A DNA stretch of 64,000 bases from an uncultured Candidatus Rokubacteria bacterium (GTDB lineage Bacteria; Methylomirabilota; Methylomirabilia; Rokubacteriales; CSP1-6), in assembly GCA_963771355.1 (NCBI GenBank), contig CAVYTA010000004.1, positions 248,252-312,251 of the forward strand, given 5' to 3'. The notes beneath the pieces were generated by a model. That model was given only the letters and a program-made list of their open reading frames with translations. It was not told the DNA's origin and did not search any database. Shown here one piece after another: positions 62,836 to 64,000 of this stretch. Each line of letters opens with the position of its first letter. The stretch's first letter is position 1. Position numbers and translations under genes: made by a program.

Positions 62836-64000
62836 ATGAACGATGGAGACCAGGTGAAGCCGACGCGCCGCCAGTTCTTCGGCGGGTTGACTACGGGCGC
62901 GGTGGCGGCCGGCGCCCTCTCGCAGGCCGGGTGCGGCCCGGCGATTCCGCCGATCAAGACCCTCGGCGCGACGCCCACGACCACGGTCTGCCCCTTCTGC
63001 GGCGTCGGTTGCGGCCAGGTCGTCTCCACGAAGAACGGCGCCGTCATCAACATCGAGGGCGACCCCGCCCACCCGGTCAGCGAGGGTACGCTCTGCAGCA
63101 AGGGCGCGGCGGGCATCCAGGTGGTCAACAACCCGCGCCGCCTACAGAAGGTGCTCTACCGGGCGCCGGGCGGCAAGGCCTGGGAGGAGAAGACCTGGGC
63201 CTGGGCGCTGGAGCGCATCGCCACCCGGGTCAAGGAGACGCGGGACAAGACGTTCAAGACGGCGGTGGACGGACGCGTGGTCAACCGCACCGAGGCCATC
63301 GCCTGCCTGGGCGGCTCGGCGCTCGACAACGAGGAGGCCTACCTCCTGGCCAAGCTCATGCGTGCCCTCGGCCTGGTCTACGTCGAGCACCAGGCCCGCC
63401 TCTGACACAGCTCCACGGTCGCCGGACTGGCGGCCTCGTTCGGCAGGGGGGCGATGACCAACCACTGGATCGACATGATCAACGCCGACGTCGTGCTGAT
63501 CATGGGCGGCAACCCGGCCGAGGATCACCCCATCGCCATGAACTGGCTGACCCGCACCAAGGAGCGCGGCGCCTACATCCTGCACGTCGACCCGCGCTTC
63601 AATCGCACGAGCTCGATCGCCGATGTGTTCGCCAAGCTGCGCTCGGGCACCGACATCGCCTTCGTGGGCGGCATGATCCGGTACGCGATCGAGCACAACC
63701 GCATCCAACAGGAGTACGTCCGCGAGTACACCAACGCCTCCTGGATCGTCGGCGAGGGCTACGACTTCACCGATGGCCTGTTCTCCGGCTTCGATCCCAA
63801 GGCGGTGCGCTACGACCGCGGCCGGTGGGCCTACGCGCTGGACGCCCAGGGCCGGCCCCGGCGCGATCCCACCCTCAAGCACCCGCGCTGCGTCTTCCGG
63901 CTGCTGGAGCGGCACTTTGCCCGCTACGACGCCGACACGGTGTGCCGCATCACGGGCACCCCGAAGGAAGCCTACCTAACGCATCTGCGACATCTGCACC
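62836..64000 (+). CDS. fdnG: Formate dehydrogenase-N/O alpha subunit, selenocysteine-containing, 3'-partial
   Basis: Tat TRRQFF, CPFCGVGC..CSKG, EHQARL-U(TGA 63403)-HSSTVAGLAASFGRGAMTNHW; the frame continues open after TGA. Confidence 0.93.
63417..63435 (+). promoter_or_regulatory. Bacterial SECIS hairpin
   Basis: GGTCGCC-GGACT-GGCGGCC stem starting 11 nt after UGA, with G at the start of the loop. Confidence 0.8.

Noticed and set aside
60422..63405. 788-aa and 680-aa ORFs suggesting Dcu-DASS or DASS-Fdh fusions
   Set aside because: The upstream parts are off-frame read-through; real starts are at 61259 and 62836.

Overview
High-GC bacterial chromosomal window; gene content suggests Ca. Rokubacteria/Methylomirabilota (inference only). 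There are three zones. (1) ~1-16.8 kb: about 25 short, functionally unrelated genes, all on the + strand (hydrolases, GNATs, VOC, DinB, SRPBCC, DUF1772, nbaC, orphans), mixed with gene fragments. Many spacers carry degenerate copies of an attC-like motif, and no integrase is present. This looks like a decayed or domesticated integron cassette array. (2) ~16.8-54 kb: core backbone with ggt, a TRAP transporter plus Tat-exported PncA, purE, an 11-subunit complex I operon (nuoABC-NIPSNAP-DHIJKLMN, no nuoEFG), TetR/ECF sigma, rplU-rpmA-obg-proBA-nadD-rsfS-dksA, gap-pgk-tpiA-secG, a peptide ABC transporter and tRNA-Leu(GAG). (3) 54-64 kb, directly after the tRNA: an anaerobic formate:fumarate respiration cluster (Wolinella-type frdCAB, aspA, dcu, DASS carrier, selenocysteine formate dehydrogenase with a SECIS). 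It is preceded by two copies of a 16-bp palindromic operator and a 26-aa small membrane ORF. Four core genes carry single-base frameshifts at G/C runs, probably sequencing errors.
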